Position numbers and translations under genes: made by a program. Below the pieces are notes generated by a model. It did not search any database, was not told the DNA's origin, and saw only the letters and a list, made by a program, of their open reading frames with translations. From Octopus vulgaris (lineage: Eukaryota), in NCBI GenBank assembly GCA_951406725.2, contig OX597836.1, positions 1,116,001-1,180,000 on the forward strand: DNA of 64,000 nt, in the 5' to 3' direction. This document shows, in pieces, positions 14,516 to 28,549 of the stretch; the first letter of the stretch is position 1; every line of letters starts with the position of its first letter.

Positions 14516-14571
14516 TGTACGAGGTCCATGCCGATCTCTCTCTCTCTCTCTCACCTTTTTTGTGTCATTCA

Positions 14572-14838
14572 CTAGTTTCAGTCATTTGACTGCGTCCATG
14601 ATGGAGCATCATTTTGAGACGTAAAGATACTAACACCGGTTATGAAGCGGTGGTGGGGGGACAAACGCAGACATAAAAGCACCCATCCCCAAGCATTTAC
14701 ACACATACATGAAGGGCTTCTTTCAGTTTCTGTCTGCCAAATCCAGTCACAAGGCTTTAGTCGACACCAGGCAATAGCAGAAGAGATTTGCCCGTGATGC
14801 TATGCAGTAGGAACGAACCTGGAACCATGTGGTTGAGA
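14572..14838 (-). mobile_element. SINE family B, internally deleted
   Basis: GTTTCAGTCATTTGACTGCG tail, GGGCTTCTTTCAGTTTC body, GAACCTGGAACCATGTGG head. Confidence 0.75.
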
Positions 14839-14873
14839 ACACACACATATACAGTTATATATGTACATATGTA

Positions 14874-14912
<39 letters not shown>

Positions 14913-14996
14913 GCATGAATATATGTATGTATGTGCGTATATATATGTGCATGAATGTATGTACGGTGTGTTTGTATATATACCTCTATCTATGTG

Positions 14997-15047
<51 letters not shown>

Positions 15048-15570
15048 ATTATCCTAACGGTTGATGTTTAGCTTATTCTTATTGGCCAGTTTCTCTCCTG
15101 GCGATGAACATCGATATTCGACTATTCTAATGCTGCCTCTTCTCTACAGACGATGGTTAAAGTGAGATACATTTTATTGGTTGATCTCCAGTTTAGAGTT
15201 TGTTATGATGCTTGATGTTGTTGTTGTTGTTGCTGATCTGACTCACGTTACACTTCTGTTGACTGTGGTTGTGAGTAAGTTTGATGTAATTGCCATGTGA
15301 CTGTCTCCTTGTCTTGTTGCTATCACATTAGCAGCTTCTCAGGGATGTTTGCTATGAGTTTGGTTTAGACACTCACGGGTGCCCAGACCCCACCGTTCCT
15401 TTCGACTTTTCGAAAAAAGCAGGAAAAACATCCCCGCAAACACTCACATAATAAAGGCGACCCGTAGCGGGATTGAAACTAGACCCATGTCGATGCGACA
15501 GCAACGCGTTCACGCTGTGTATGTGTATCTATAAATATGTACATATGTATATGTGTATACATACACACAT

Positions 15571-15601
<31 letters not shown>

Positions 15602-15793
15602 GTATATATATGTATGTATGTATGCATATGCAACATGCACTGCTATACAGATATATGTCTTTACGCATATTTATTTCCTAACTAGACTCCTGCTTGCTTC
15701 CTATCTGTCTACATACATGCACATATACATGCTATTTCGTTATACGTGTGTGTGTATTTGTGTTTTGTGTGTGTGTGTGAAGACACACACACT

Positions 15794-15828
<35 letters not shown>

Positions 15829-15887
15829 GTATGCATATATGTATAAGATAGACACACTATATTCCTATATCTATCCATCCATCTCAT

Positions 15888-15924
<37 letters not shown>

Positions 15925-16389
15925 GGATGGATGGAGATAGACAGTCATAGAGTCATACACACAGTGATAGAGACAATGAAAGAAGCAGACAAACGTGACA
16001 GTTGTGAAAATATTACAGATGTCTGATCGTTATTATTTTGATAAATGTCTATAGATATAAATATGTGCGTGTGTGTATTACAGTATATACGAGTGTGTTT
16101 ATGTATACAACTATGGAAAGAGAGAGAGAGAGAAGTGAGCGTACATATGTACGTAACTATCTGTCAATGGATATACATGTCTACGTGTGTTTCTGTATAT
16201 AATACACTCGCGCACATACGCACAAGTATGTATATTTAGACTTCATTAGTAACAAATACATATATGTCTACATAACATACACGCGCACACACACACATAT
16301 ATTCACCCCCCACCCACACACATATATGCTCGTATGTAGGCATATGCTTACGTATATATATGCGCATAGCTAGTGAATAGAGACATAAG

Positions 16390-16428
<39 letters not shown>

Positions 16429-16561
16429 GTATAGACACACTCGTCACATAATATCTATGCGTTTGTGTTTGTCCAATTCTCTTAACATCTCTTTTGTTCA
16501 GAATCATTTTCACGTCGTTTTTATCTCTTTGAACAGCTTGTTATTCTTAATATCACTTTAG

Positions 16562-16652
<91 letters not shown>

Positions 16653-16721
16653 ATCTCACACAAACATTCACTCACTATTTCTGTCTATGTTTCTTTCTCT
16701 CTCGATCATTTTCATTCTTTA

Positions 16722-16760
<39 letters not shown>

Positions 16761-17949
16761 ATGTGTGTGTTGGTATGCGTTTCTGTTTACAAGAAAGAAA
16801 ACGTATTTGATTGAATATAATCTATTCTCTTCAAAATCGATTGATGACTCATTTTGTTGATACTCGAAGTTTCCTGCCCACCACATCGAACCTGTACGAT
16901 GGGTTTGGCATTGTTTGAGGAATGAGTGATGCTGTGTCCTGCACACATCACCTACGCCGTTTCTCATTTTCCCATGCCATTTTGACAAACATGATGTCGG
17001 TCAGAAAATATTGTCAGCTGATTACCACGTTGCACTGGAAATCACCTAATTTTGACCTTTAGTTATCAAAGGACAACTACTTCGATGCTTAGGCTTAATG
17101 GCCATTGAGTTGTGAAGGCAAGCTTTCATCTGCCATATTTTACAAAGTTGCGAGATTGCTGCTTTTCAAATACGTTGTTTTCCTTTACACAGAAGTCTTC
17201 CATACATAATGTCACACGTTCGGTCACGTGAGCCGGCTTGATCGTGGCAACATCGAACATCTCTTCAACATGAAAACATGGCCACGTAGCGTATTGCACT
17301 ATAAATACAGATACAAACGAACTCATTTCACAAATAAAAATGGACGCTATCACGGCGTCGTCGTATCATCATAAGTTAACCTTACATTAATTTCGAAAAC
17401 CAGAAAGCCAATCTTCTCTTTGCAGGATAATCGATCATTCAAAGGTGAACTTGTAATACTCAGCCAGTGCATTCTAGACGAAATTAATCTCAAAATTAAA
17501 TTTACTAAGAGACTAAAGATAATGGAACCGCATCAGCATTATTATGAAGTTGTTTAACCACATGGACGATAAAGAATAATGCTGATTCTTCAAATTCTAT
17601 GTTGTACACTTTTATCTGTCAAACTTGGAATTATTTCTTCCGAAAGTCCTAAATCTTTCGAGAGAATTTAACAGATTTAGCTACCAAGATTTCAAGATAC
17701 TAATAAACTCTACGAAGTCAGTGTTGTACTGCGATGATTTCCACCAAATGAAAAATGATGATATCTCTTTGTTCCAACTTTAATTGGAAGTAAATCGAGA
17801 TAAAGTTGAATAAAAAGACCTCCTCGAATTTTTCATCTTCGACCTCTCTCTGAGAATGTACGAAACTCATTGTTTTTTGCGATACATAAAGTGACGGCTT
17901 GTAATTATCACAGAATACGAATTGTTCTCGCACCACCCATCAACCGATC

Positions 17950-18345
17950 TGCAAATAATAGGTACACCTCAGATGTTTAATAAAACATATCTATCACCGC
18001 GAACTTAACAATAACCTATCACCCAAGCATGACACCATACTTAGTCTCCCGATTATACAAGAATTACAGAAACCTGAACGAACCGACTGTATACGACGGC
18101 CATTCCTATATAATAAGAGAAACTTCCGATCTGTGGTGGGGAGCGAATGAGGATGCTTCGCAGGATTATGGATTACCACTGGTCGGATTTCGTATCCAAA
18201 TAATGACTGATTCAAGAGAGTCAGCTCAGACTGTTCGGCCATCTTGCCTGATTTTCCGTTTACTGTGTTCTCTCTTCACTGAGGATCCGGCTGGGTTGAA
18301 GGTTTGTGTGGGTCGACCACATGCCACATGGTCAAGGCAGAGGAG
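17950..18345 (+). mobile_element. Decayed RTE-clade LINE ORF2 3' fragment
   Basis: Frameshifted motifs MLRRIMDYHWSDFVS, QLRLFGHLA*, EDPAG..GRPHATWSRQ, matching RTE LRRI..W.D.VSN, LRWFGH and GRP..TW. Confidence 0.7.
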
Positions 18346-18801
18346 GAGGAAATGGCATCGCGGAAATGCATACACACACACACGCACACACAAACACACA
18401 GGGACGCACATATACCGCCATATACACAATTCCACGCACACACACATACACAAACGTGCACACACACGCGCAACATCAACAGACACAAAGGTCACTGACA
18501 CAAACACATATAAACAGCCAGCACCACTCCCACAACACATACACACAAGCTATTACACACACATACACACACTTGCGTGCACGTACATACCCACACATAC
18601 ACACAGATACCTCCTCCTCTTACACTCTTAGAAAGAACATTTTCTCCACCCATTCCATTCCGGTCATTTCAAAATGTAACCACAGCTGAATCGTTGGCGA
18701 TTTCTTTCCTCCGTCTTCCTTATATATATATATATATACATGGCCCCGGGTTCAGTCCCACGCAGCAAGCTACTTACCACACAGCCACTCCTGCGCCTAT
18801 A

Positions 18802-18865
<64 letters not shown>

Positions 18866-19001
18866 ATGCAGAATTAGGTAGCGAAAAAGGTAGAAACCAG
18901 TTGACAGAGAAGTGAATTCAGTCTCTAGTAATTATATATATAAAAAGTGAGAGAGAGAGAAAGAGGGAGAGGAAGAGAGAGAGAGGTGAGACTGTGAGTG
19001 G

Positions 19002-19037
<36 letters not shown>

Positions 19038-19342
19038 GTTTAAAATGAAAAAAAAAAGGATATTAGTGAACAGTGAAGTAGAATGGCCAAAGATATAAAA
19101 TATTTCTCGACAGGTATGTACAAAGTAGATAGGTTACCATGGCAACAACATCCGCATTATATGACACCACTAATTAACTGTAAAATGGTTGTCCAGACAT
19201 TCTCGTTTGAAGTCGGATCTGTAGACCGGCTAATTGTGTGAGTTATGCAGAGAGAGCCGGACTAGACTCGTTATCTATTTACTCTCCGGTTATTGTTGAT
19301 GTTGTTGCTGTTGTCGCCGTCCTCATCAGGCTGCTGCTGCTG

Positions 19343-19425
<83 letters not shown>

Positions 19426-19675
19426 TAATATTTTTTATTGCGATTCTTTCTGTGGTCTTCAGATTCTTGTTGCGTGATTTCACTGCGACACAGTGCGCGG
19501 CTCTTGTTGCAGTGTTTTGCATGAGATGTTTGTCCATTGAAGTGAACCTATTCTATGTAATACACACAAACACACACATTCACACAGACAGACTTACAGT
19601 CAGACACGCACACAAGTATATAATACATTCATATATATATAGTGTGTGTGTGTGTGTGTGTGTGTGCATACATTC

Positions 19676-19748
<73 letters not shown>

Positions 19749-20379
19749 CATTCATGTATATATGTTTTATTGGCAGAAGTTACAAACCGACTCAAGAAGC
19801 GACAGATTTGTCCATGGCACTAAAATTATGTATACTAATCTACAATTACATATGCGCGCGCATCATGTATGCGTGTGCGTGTGTGTATGATGTGCACAGC
19901 AATGGTATTTTGCGTATGTTTTTATCCGTCTGTAAGTCTTCGCGCTTTTCCTTTCTTAGTCATATTGCAACGAACGATTTCAAAGAAAAGTGATATTTCT
20001 TCACTTGTCTGTTCTTACCCCGATCGAACCACAACTCTTTCCCGTTAACGTACTCACCTGGCAACGAGAGGTAGAAATAATGATCCTCAAACACATAGTT
20101 CGGTAATTACTAGAAATAAAATCAAATGAATAGAAATGCTGTACGGTAGAGAGCAATTTTGAAAGAAAAGGAGGAGACATTTCTCTAATCATTACTGATA
20201 TTGAAGATCAGGATTTTGACGAGGATTTTATTAATATCAACAACGGTAATAGTACGAACCACATCAAAGCACGTATATACGTATATACAAGTTTTTTCAA
20301 ACGAAGCTAATTTCGTTTGTTTTGAAGAGAGCAATTTTAGCGGAAGGTTAGCCTTTCCTTTTGCAAATGTGATTCACAA

Positions 20380-20900
20380 CTGACGAAATTTAGATATGAA
20401 CTTTAAACAAAGCAAAGGTAAGGTGGCAGTACTACGTTACAAAAACAAGTGCGTTTCTACCTGAAGATGTTTCACAGATGAGAGATGATACTGAAATATG
20501 ATGTACATGGCGAAAGTTACAGAAGTATTGTCTGCGTTTTCCAGAGATATGGGCTGAGATATCTTCCACAGAGTGAGGAAAGATATATTGTACTGTTTTT
20601 ATAACTCCGATTAAACAAAGAAAAACCTGTTAGTTTGTCATACGCCTGTCCATACACTGACCCTAGATTATTTGGAACCAAGAAATGAGTTGAAAGACAT
20701 AACAGACCAGATTACTTGGTTACTCGAGCAGCAAAATAAGGGCAAAAGGTTAACATTGATGTGGCTTTTGGCGATGTTTGTAAGGATGGAGTTCTTACTG
20801 ATATACAAATCCTGATGATTTCTGAAAAATCCCAAAATGATTCTGGTGTTGGGTCCTATAACATATGCTGAGAGATTGGCTTTACGACCAAATGTCCAGA
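20380..20900 (+). mobile_element. Possible decayed LINE AP-endonuclease fragment
   Basis: Frameshift-broken remnants resembling GGVA.YV, RYLP..E and FGD.C; many stops. Confidence 0.3.
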
Positions 20901-21169
20901 GCAGAATGCCATCTTATAATGCAAATATCACTAAAGGCAATTTAAGGGTTTCACTTCAGAAGAGCTGCAGATGCTACAAAAGGAAGGACAGCAACTGTAA
21001 GCACCGACAATTGTAACTCTAGAAACGCAGGAGAGGTCGTCTCGCTCTCGTTTCTAACAGTTGGTCAAGAAGTTGTCCACTTACTACAAATGCAGCCCGT
21101 AACATCTCTCCATCATCTGACGGCAATGACGGGTGGATGGGAAACATGTAGGTGGTGCCCAGTTAGCAC

Positions 21170-23015
21170 TAAGCCTGGTAGCACTGCTCCTTACCAGACA
21201 CTGAATCTCCTGATCCACAACCACCTTGAGGTAACTTCCACTATTTCCACAGCCAACCTGATGGCCCTCCATCAACGGGTCTCTGTGATTCCAAGCATGT
21301 TGTAAATTCTGCAGAGGGATTGAACTGTAAATCCTCTGCATCGCACCTTGATGGGATTGCATTTCGCTTGCCACCCATAGTTTTGGCATAACTTCACCAG
21401 CTCAGTACGTTTCCTTGTCTTCGCCTCCTTGAATTGGTCCTCCCACGAAATGGCAAATTCTAACAAAACAACTTTCTCGGATGCTTCTGAGATCAGCACC
21501 ATGATCGGCCTTAGTTGTGTTGCGACGACAGCTTCGGGTACTTCATCTGCTTCATCCGATCGACTTTTAGCTCCCAGTCTTTTGATATTGCAAGTAGGTC
21601 CAGGGAGGTTGGCTTAGCAAATGGCATACTCTTCACACCAAGCTTGACAAAGGTGAGAAATTCTTTGATGGGTGGAGGGGTTTGCAATGGCTAATCCGAC
21701 TTCGGATGGTGTCAGCTATGACCTTCAAATCTTGGTAGAACCCTTCCTTCTCCCGGGGTATTTGGACAGTTAGTGAACATGTGCTCCAAGGATCCTCTTC
21801 TCGAGCACAAACAAGGGACAAGGCTTTCTCAGCAAAGCAATTTGTATGGTCTCGCTAGGCCATCGTAAACTGCTTGAATTCAGAAATTTATCTGGTGGGC
21901 TCCCGCTCTCCAAAGACCAAGTCATGAGAATTCGTGTGCGTCTGCTTGGTTCTCTCACATTTCATCGCCATACCCTTGCTGGCTCATTCCTGTTCGATTG
22001 AAGCCGGCAATTTTTTCCCGATAAGTACCTTCCTGTTCTTTCCTAGCACCTTTCCACCGAGGTGCTGTGGTACTGTACAGACTAGCAGTTCCTCGAGGTA
22101 CAACACCCACCAGCGCTCTGTATATAAGTTGCGACTCCGAAGCATTCACAACCTCCACTGCCCTCCACTTCCATCCTAATCTGATCTTAATAACTTGAGA
22201 CTTTAGGGTTGTATTGCGACATCTAACACCACAAATTCTTATCTCAGCCAGCCAATGGAAGGGTTCAGCTTGTTAATCATACCATATGCAGGGCGGTGCT
22301 ACTCAGTTACTGCGTAAGTCCAAGCCATTGTCTCAAGACCTTAATGACTTTCCTCTCATATACCAAGAGGAGCCAAAGAATCCGTGGCAGGATGCCATGC
22401 TGGAAAATCCAGGCTTTAAAGTTGCAAAGAAGACCTGACTTGTCCATTGTGCATAGATAGGTCTTCAATTCTTTGTTGGTTTTATAGACGGATGATGTCA
22501 ATCTCAATCTGCTATCAAACACTTCTCTCCTTTGGCTCTCTCGTTTGGCGTTTGGCTCTCCCCTAATTTCTCAGTGACGGAGAGCATCTGGATGCTACCA
22601 GCCAAAAAATGTAAACCTGAATCGAATTTTGCCTTTCTTCATTAAAAAATTAACTCATGCGAGCACAAGTCCCCAATATCTCAAGCCTCTTTAGAGCCCA
22701 CCTTTCCCTCATGACTGATGTTGTTGTTACTGTAAGATCCCCCATAAAAGCATCAATAGGAAGGTGCCACAAACCAGACATAGTGAGTGGGCCTCTATAC
22801 CTCACTTCCCGTTGTCTTTACCAATATGTTCATTGCAGGGATATAAAGAATCATCCCTGAAATGGTACATCCAATGGTAATGTGATTCTCGTGGTTCTGC
22901 CACTCTAATGTTTTGGAAGTAACAGAGACTGTCACACTGAAGCTGTTGCAATAGTCCAGAATGGGACCTCTGAAAGAGTCTGCGACATGGTGCCTGATCA
23001 GAGCCTCTTCATCCA
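21170..23015 (-). mobile_element. Decayed Hero-type (R2-group, RLE endonuclease) LINE: RT plus RLE
   Basis: Minus-strand motifs IGCTISGMIL, PIDAFMGDLTVTT (FMDD-like), KAWIFQHGILPRILWLLLVYE, GSLEHMFTNC, LRP/MVLISEASEKVVLLEFAISWE, GWQAKCNPIKVRCRGF, SRWLWIRR; multiple frameshifts and stops. Confidence 0.8.
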
Positions 23016-23198
23016 GCTATGAATTACATAAATACAAACACATATATATATAAATATAATCACATGCATATATGCGTATCTCTATAAATCAGCCTGTCCA
23101 AACGAACAGCGAAACAAATTTGCTTTTCGCTATGTCTTTACATTGGGTATGATACACTGATGGCTAATTTGATTTAATACTGCTTCTGTTGCATATAA

Positions 23199-23262
<64 letters not shown>

Positions 23263-24509
23263 AGTTTAGATACGTATGTGCATGTGTGTGTGTGTGTGCG
23301 TGCGTTTGAGTGTTAGTACGCATTTAAGCATAAACAAACGAGACGCAGATATAATGCAGTAATTACACAAAACCCAAAGTCGATGCCACACACGCCATTT
23401 TGTGTCAAAATTTCATTCTGGCGCTATAGACTTAAAACAACACATAAATACACACACACACACACACACATACACACACACACAAATACACGCTTTCTCT
23501 CTCACACACATGCATACACACAAACGTAAACACACACACATACATACATATAAAATTCAAAACTAAATAAAAGGAAACTGCATATACACAAACACAAACA
23601 GTGACACAAACATAAATACAAACACACACATGCACACACACATACATACACGCGCACACACACACATACACACACATACGCATACACGCACGTACACACA
23701 GGGGTGTTTTCATTTTGTTAGAAAAAGAAAACAAATATGTTTTCTGTTTTGTTTTTGCCATCTTCTCAAGAACTCTCAGTCTTTATCACTTCCGGTAAAA
23801 TTCAGTGCTTCCGGTGAAATTGTTCTCTCAATTACATCCCCTCCTGCCATTTCGCTCCGTTTAGAATGTTCGGAAGAATTTGTCTTCTCTTGTATTGTCT
23901 TCGTCTAAGTGGTTTCCTCGTATTAGGAACAGCGTAATTAGAAATTCTTAAATTAGCTTTTGGCTTGGAATAAACAAAACAAACAGCATAAAACAATGGA
24001 TTGTTAGAGAAAAGTCAGAGAGGGTCAGAAGTTTAAAGAGCCACGGCGGTCGGTCGGTGGGGAGTGAGGCGAAAATATCAATGACGGCTTTAAACTTTCA
24101 GAAATATTTAACACACGACATTCTTTTATTCAGTTATTCCTTACGTTTTCATTGCGCCCATGCTGGTGCACAGTTCCAGTATATTTTTTTGTTCATTCAA
24201 TTTTGTACAATACAATATCTGAGTTATTTTATCCATTTTGATTGAGAATGAAAGACTAGAAGGCAACTTCGTGTAAAGAACCGGATAGATAGACATCATT
24301 CGGTATTTTGCTTCAATCCATCGATTTCATCAGTCAGTGTCTATATATACAAACATCTATACATACAATGACACACACATGTATAAATACATATTCATTC
24401 AAAAATATAAATACAAACATACGTACGTATATATATATATAACCTATATAGCGCCTTTATAAACAAGTTTAATTTAGTTGTTTCTGCGTAGATTGAAAAG
24501 ATCATGAAC

Positions 24510-24554
24510 AACCATAATCAGTTTTCGAAACTTATTGAATTCTCATCAGAGGTT
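24510..24554 (-). ncRNA. Hammerhead-ribozyme-like motif (type I, minimal, imperfect)
   Basis: AACCU-CUGAUGA-GAA(loop)UUC-GAAA-ACUGAU-UA-UGGUU: intact core, AACC/GGUU stem I, 3-bp stem II. Confidence 0.5.
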
Positions 24555-24643
24555 TCTCCGTCAATACAAGGAAAACAAGCAGCCAGTCTGTTTCTATAAT
24601 AGTGACGGGCGTGATTTCGGCTCTACCACCTGTTAAGGAGGAA

Positions 24644-24697
24644 GCATTACTGACGAGTATTAATTCCTTATACGAAACGAACGGGTTAATCTAATGC
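24644..24697 (+). ncRNA. Hammerhead-ribozyme-like motif (type I)
   Basis: GCAUUA-CUGACGA-GUAU(9 nt)AUAC-GAAA-CGAACGGGUUAA-UC-UAAUGC: perfect 6-bp stem I and 4-bp stem II; stem III imperfect. Confidence 0.6.
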
Positions 24698-24876
24698 ATC
24701 TCGCTTACGATGATGAGTTGTTTCTCTTGTCAGTTCAAACATGCAAGTTTTTGTAGCTAAAGAGTCTTTGACTCCTATTTCTAGCAATGCTGGTGTCCTT
24801 TGCATCCCTGGTCACTTTTAGTGACAGGGAATTATATGCATGTATGTATATATGTATGTATGTATGTATGTATATC

Positions 24877-25129
24877 TGGCATATCCCGTGGTTACGGCGA
24901 TGGGTGTTCCAGTTGATCTCACTGGCAATACACTTTGCTCGAGAAATTAACGTGCAAGTGGCAGACAGGCGTACATTTAACAGAGTTCTCATGGAGATCC
25001 AGCGTGACACAGGATGAGTGGAGTGGAGCAATGTGAAAATGAAGAGTCTTGCTCAAGAACAGGTCACGCTACAGGGAATCGAACTCGCGATCTTTGCAGA
25101 GTATCCTAACCAATGAGACACGCGCCTTC
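24877..25129 (-). mobile_element. SINE family D (tRNA head, CORE-like CTTGAGCAAG)
   Basis: GGAATCGAACTC B-box (reverse), TCTTGCTCAAG, AAATTAACGTGCAAGTGGC shared with 52111-52398. Confidence 0.75.
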
Positions 25130-25616
25130 GCACACCACACGCGCGCGCTCACACACACACACACGCACACACATGTAGATATGAGTGTATGCATATACAT
25201 AAATTTTTACACATACCCACACGTGTATGTAAATGTGCATATATGTGGATATAAACATGTATGTATATATATATATATATGTATATATATGTGTGTGTGT
25301 GTGTACGTGTATAAATATGTATGCCTATCCATCTATATATATCCACCTACATGCATATGTATCTATATATCTAAGTATATGTGAGTGTGTGTATGCGTGT
25401 GTATACGTGTGTGTGCGCATGTATGTATACGTATACTTATCTATAAGATATATAAAAGCAAAGTAGCTCGTTCGAAACTCTAATGGCGAGTAATAAAACA
25501 GTCGACAACTGACGAGGAGTTATCTTCTTTTGCTATTTTGTCCTGAACATAATGTGTATTTTTTTATTATTTATAATTGAACGCCAAGCAGCCGCAGCCT
25601 TGTCCACAGTATGATC

Positions 25617-25649
<33 letters not shown>

Positions 25650-26485
25650 ATCTTTTCCTTTCTTTCTTTTTTTCTTTCCCTTTTACGATCCCTTTTGATC
25701 GAAAACCTACCATACTTTTGTTTTTTTTTCTTTTTTCCCCATAAAGAAAAGCTCTACTTTGTAATCTGTCCCGTCTGGGTGCAGCCGTGTGTGGCTAATA
25801 AAGAAACATATCTATCTATCTATACATATGTACAGAAAGATGTATATTTTTAAGTCTCTACACACATACATACATATAAATCTATCTATCAAGCAATCAA
25901 TATGAGAATGGGCAGGTAATTAACAAGGTAGACAGACAGCTAGTTAACTACAGTTATTCGTTAATTAGGTCGGCTGCTCAAACTGGTCGGCAGAGTCACA
26001 GCTCGAAGTGTACAAGAGATTAACGGACTAATTAATCTGAACAGTCATTGATATAGAAACCATGAAACACATCTCGGAGATGGTTCAGACGTACTGTAGG
26101 GAATATGTGTGTGTGTGTGTGTGTGTGTGTATAGCGAGGGAGGGAGGGAGGGAGAGAGGTAGGGAGGTTATCACACGTATTACTGATATGTGAGATTGAT
26201 GATAACAGAGACTTCTCAGAATATAGCATTTCAAGAACATAAAATTAGTGTTATCGTCAATTAGATAAAGTGAGAGAGAGAGATATATAGAGAGAGAGAT
26301 AGATAGATAGAGAGAGAGACAGACAGAGAGCAAGAAACACGTTTGTATAGACACATACACAATCAGGCACACCCTCTCATACAACCAAACACACACGCGC
26401 CGCACATCGATACATGTATATTTGTATTCAAATTGTCGATCGATCCGTCTGATTGTTTTCTTATCTATCTATCTATCTATGTATG

Positions 26486-26521
<36 letters not shown>

Positions 26522-26923
26522 TCTATCTATCTATCTATCCATCTATCTTTATCTATCTGTCAATCTATCTATCTTTATCTATCTATCAACCTAGCCCCCC
26601 CCGTCTCTCTCTCGTAAGCAATCTATCTTTTCGCAGATCGTCTTGTTGACATAAAGTAATGAACCGCCCACGTGTAGACATAAACACACACACACATACG
26701 GACACACGAACACGCATATACCAAACTATATACTTTATGCATAGAAGCATGCATATATATGTACCTACCAACATACGTACATTCATACATACATACATAC
26801 GCACACACATACATGTATATACGTATACATACGTACACACACACACAGAAATACACAAACACACTTATGTGTGTGTGTGTGTGTGTGTTAACATTTATAT
26901 ATACATTCTTTAAAATATATAAC

Positions 26924-26958
<35 letters not shown>

Positions 26959-27417
26959 TGTGTATGTTTGCTAACATATATTTATGTGTACGTACTTAAA
27001 CGTTTGATTCTGCATATGTGAAATATGAAATTAAGGGAAATGATGAGGTTGGCTTTGATTTAGAGAATAAAAGAATTGACGAAGAATACGGCGGCGCATT
27101 AATTTTAGAAAAGTAGGCAGCATTGTTGTTTGTGTGAATAACTTGTGAAAGAGACGATGCGATGATTGATAACGAGTGGTGTATTATTGTTGTTGCTGTT
27201 GTTGTTATGTGTGTCAACATAATTCTATTTTGACAGACATAAAAAGACGCCTCTTTGCTTTTAAGGAAAAAGGCAAAACATACGTCAAAGAAAATAGATT
27301 CAGAGACTGATTTTCGTGTGCACACATCCATCCATACATACATACATACGTACGTAGATGCATACATGTATGCATACATACATGCATACATACATACACA
27401 CATGCATACATACATAC

Positions 27418-27635
27418 CAAGAAGATACGCTAAATTGTTGAGAAATCTACATTTAATTTATCCAGATTACCAGTTCAGGTTTGTACCTGTAATTACTGGG
27501 GCCCGGGGATATGTAACCCACTGCCTAAATACCAAGCTTGAGAAATTAATCTTCTCAAAACCAGAAAGGAGAAAGCTGACTCGAAGACTACAGATCCAAT
27601 GCATCACTGGAACTGTAATGATCTGTGAAACTTGA
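27418..27635 (+). mobile_element. Dong/R4-type LINE RLE C-terminal fragment
   Basis: RYAKLLRNL...FVPVITGARGYV...LQIQCITGTVMI matches KY..L...VPVIIGALG...Q...L.GT..I. Confidence 0.7.
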
Positions 27636-27857
27636 GCAAGGTACGTTAATTAAAGTTGCTCCAGTCCATTCGGATGGCAAAACTGAGAATTACCTGGAAT
27701 TCAAAATGCCAACCTTCGTCTCATTCTGTGTCTCCCCGATAACTACATAAAGGGTCCGCGTGTCTGTGGAGTTCCCAGCCATTTGTACGTTAATTTAACG
27801 AGCAGGCTGTTCATCGGATCAACGAGAATCCTCTACCTCGCAACCAACGGAGCTCCA
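27631..27857 (+). mobile_element. SINE family D body
   Basis: CTTGAGCAAG...GTTGCTCCAGTCCA...GTGTCTGTGGAGT...CGTTAATTT..CGAGCAGGCTG. Confidence 0.7.
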
Positions 27858-27885
27858 TTTACATAAACCTATGTTTACAAACATT

Positions 27886-28410
27886 TAAGATCCGATAAAT
27901 ACTCTCTAGTAGAATGGGGACTAAGGAAGAGTGTTTTTTGTAATGATGTTTGAGGTTCGGCTTTTCAAGCTCTGTATATGATGTCCTTGGCAGGGTTCTC
28001 CTTTGGTTGGTGCATCAATATAAATGATAAATGTGGTGTTGTCAAACAGGATAACTGGTTGTGTAGTAAGGGAAAATAAAGGACTGGAGGAAAGTATATG
28101 TTTGTAGATTGAAGGTTGGGGATGGTGGAGACAGTTTTTTCTGGTTTGATAAGAAAGTTGGTCATTGATTGTTTGTATATAATACAGCTTTCTCCTATTT
28201 TAACGTTCATAGAAGAATATTTATTGATAATACTGATTGAATTTGTTAGAGATTACAGTTAGAGTGAATGCTAAAAGATTTCTTTAAGAAATAATAAATT
28301 GAGTTCTTTTTATGTTGGTATAAATGACTTATTGGAGAATTCTGATATGTTTCTAACTGAAGGTATCTATGGGAAAGGTTTCTCTAATGAGATGTAAATA
28401 TTTAAATACA
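27886..28410 (-). mobile_element. Decayed Penelope-like GIY-YIG endonuclease region
   Basis: Minus-strand KDIIYRA ... RVFIGS ... RF spacing resembles the GIY-YIG motif; AT-rich and stop-ridden. Confidence 0.45.
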
Positions 28411-28549
28411 CAATTATCCCCCCACATATATATAATCTAAAGAATGACTGGAATGAACAGCTAACCTGTACATTTATGACTTTAATATTTGTGGCATATA
28501 AATTTTTGTGTGGCTGCATATCTTTTGTCGGTGACAAAGTGTGCCGCCT

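Noticed and set aside
16800-17450. Possible DDE transposase remnant (WHGK..NGVG on the minus strand)
   Set aside because: Single weak motif; supporting motifs are not in consistent strand or order
24300-24340. Minus-strand CUGAUGA-AAUC-GAUG-GAUU-GAAG hammerhead-like motif
   Set aside because: GAAG instead of GAAA, and no stem I or stem III partner
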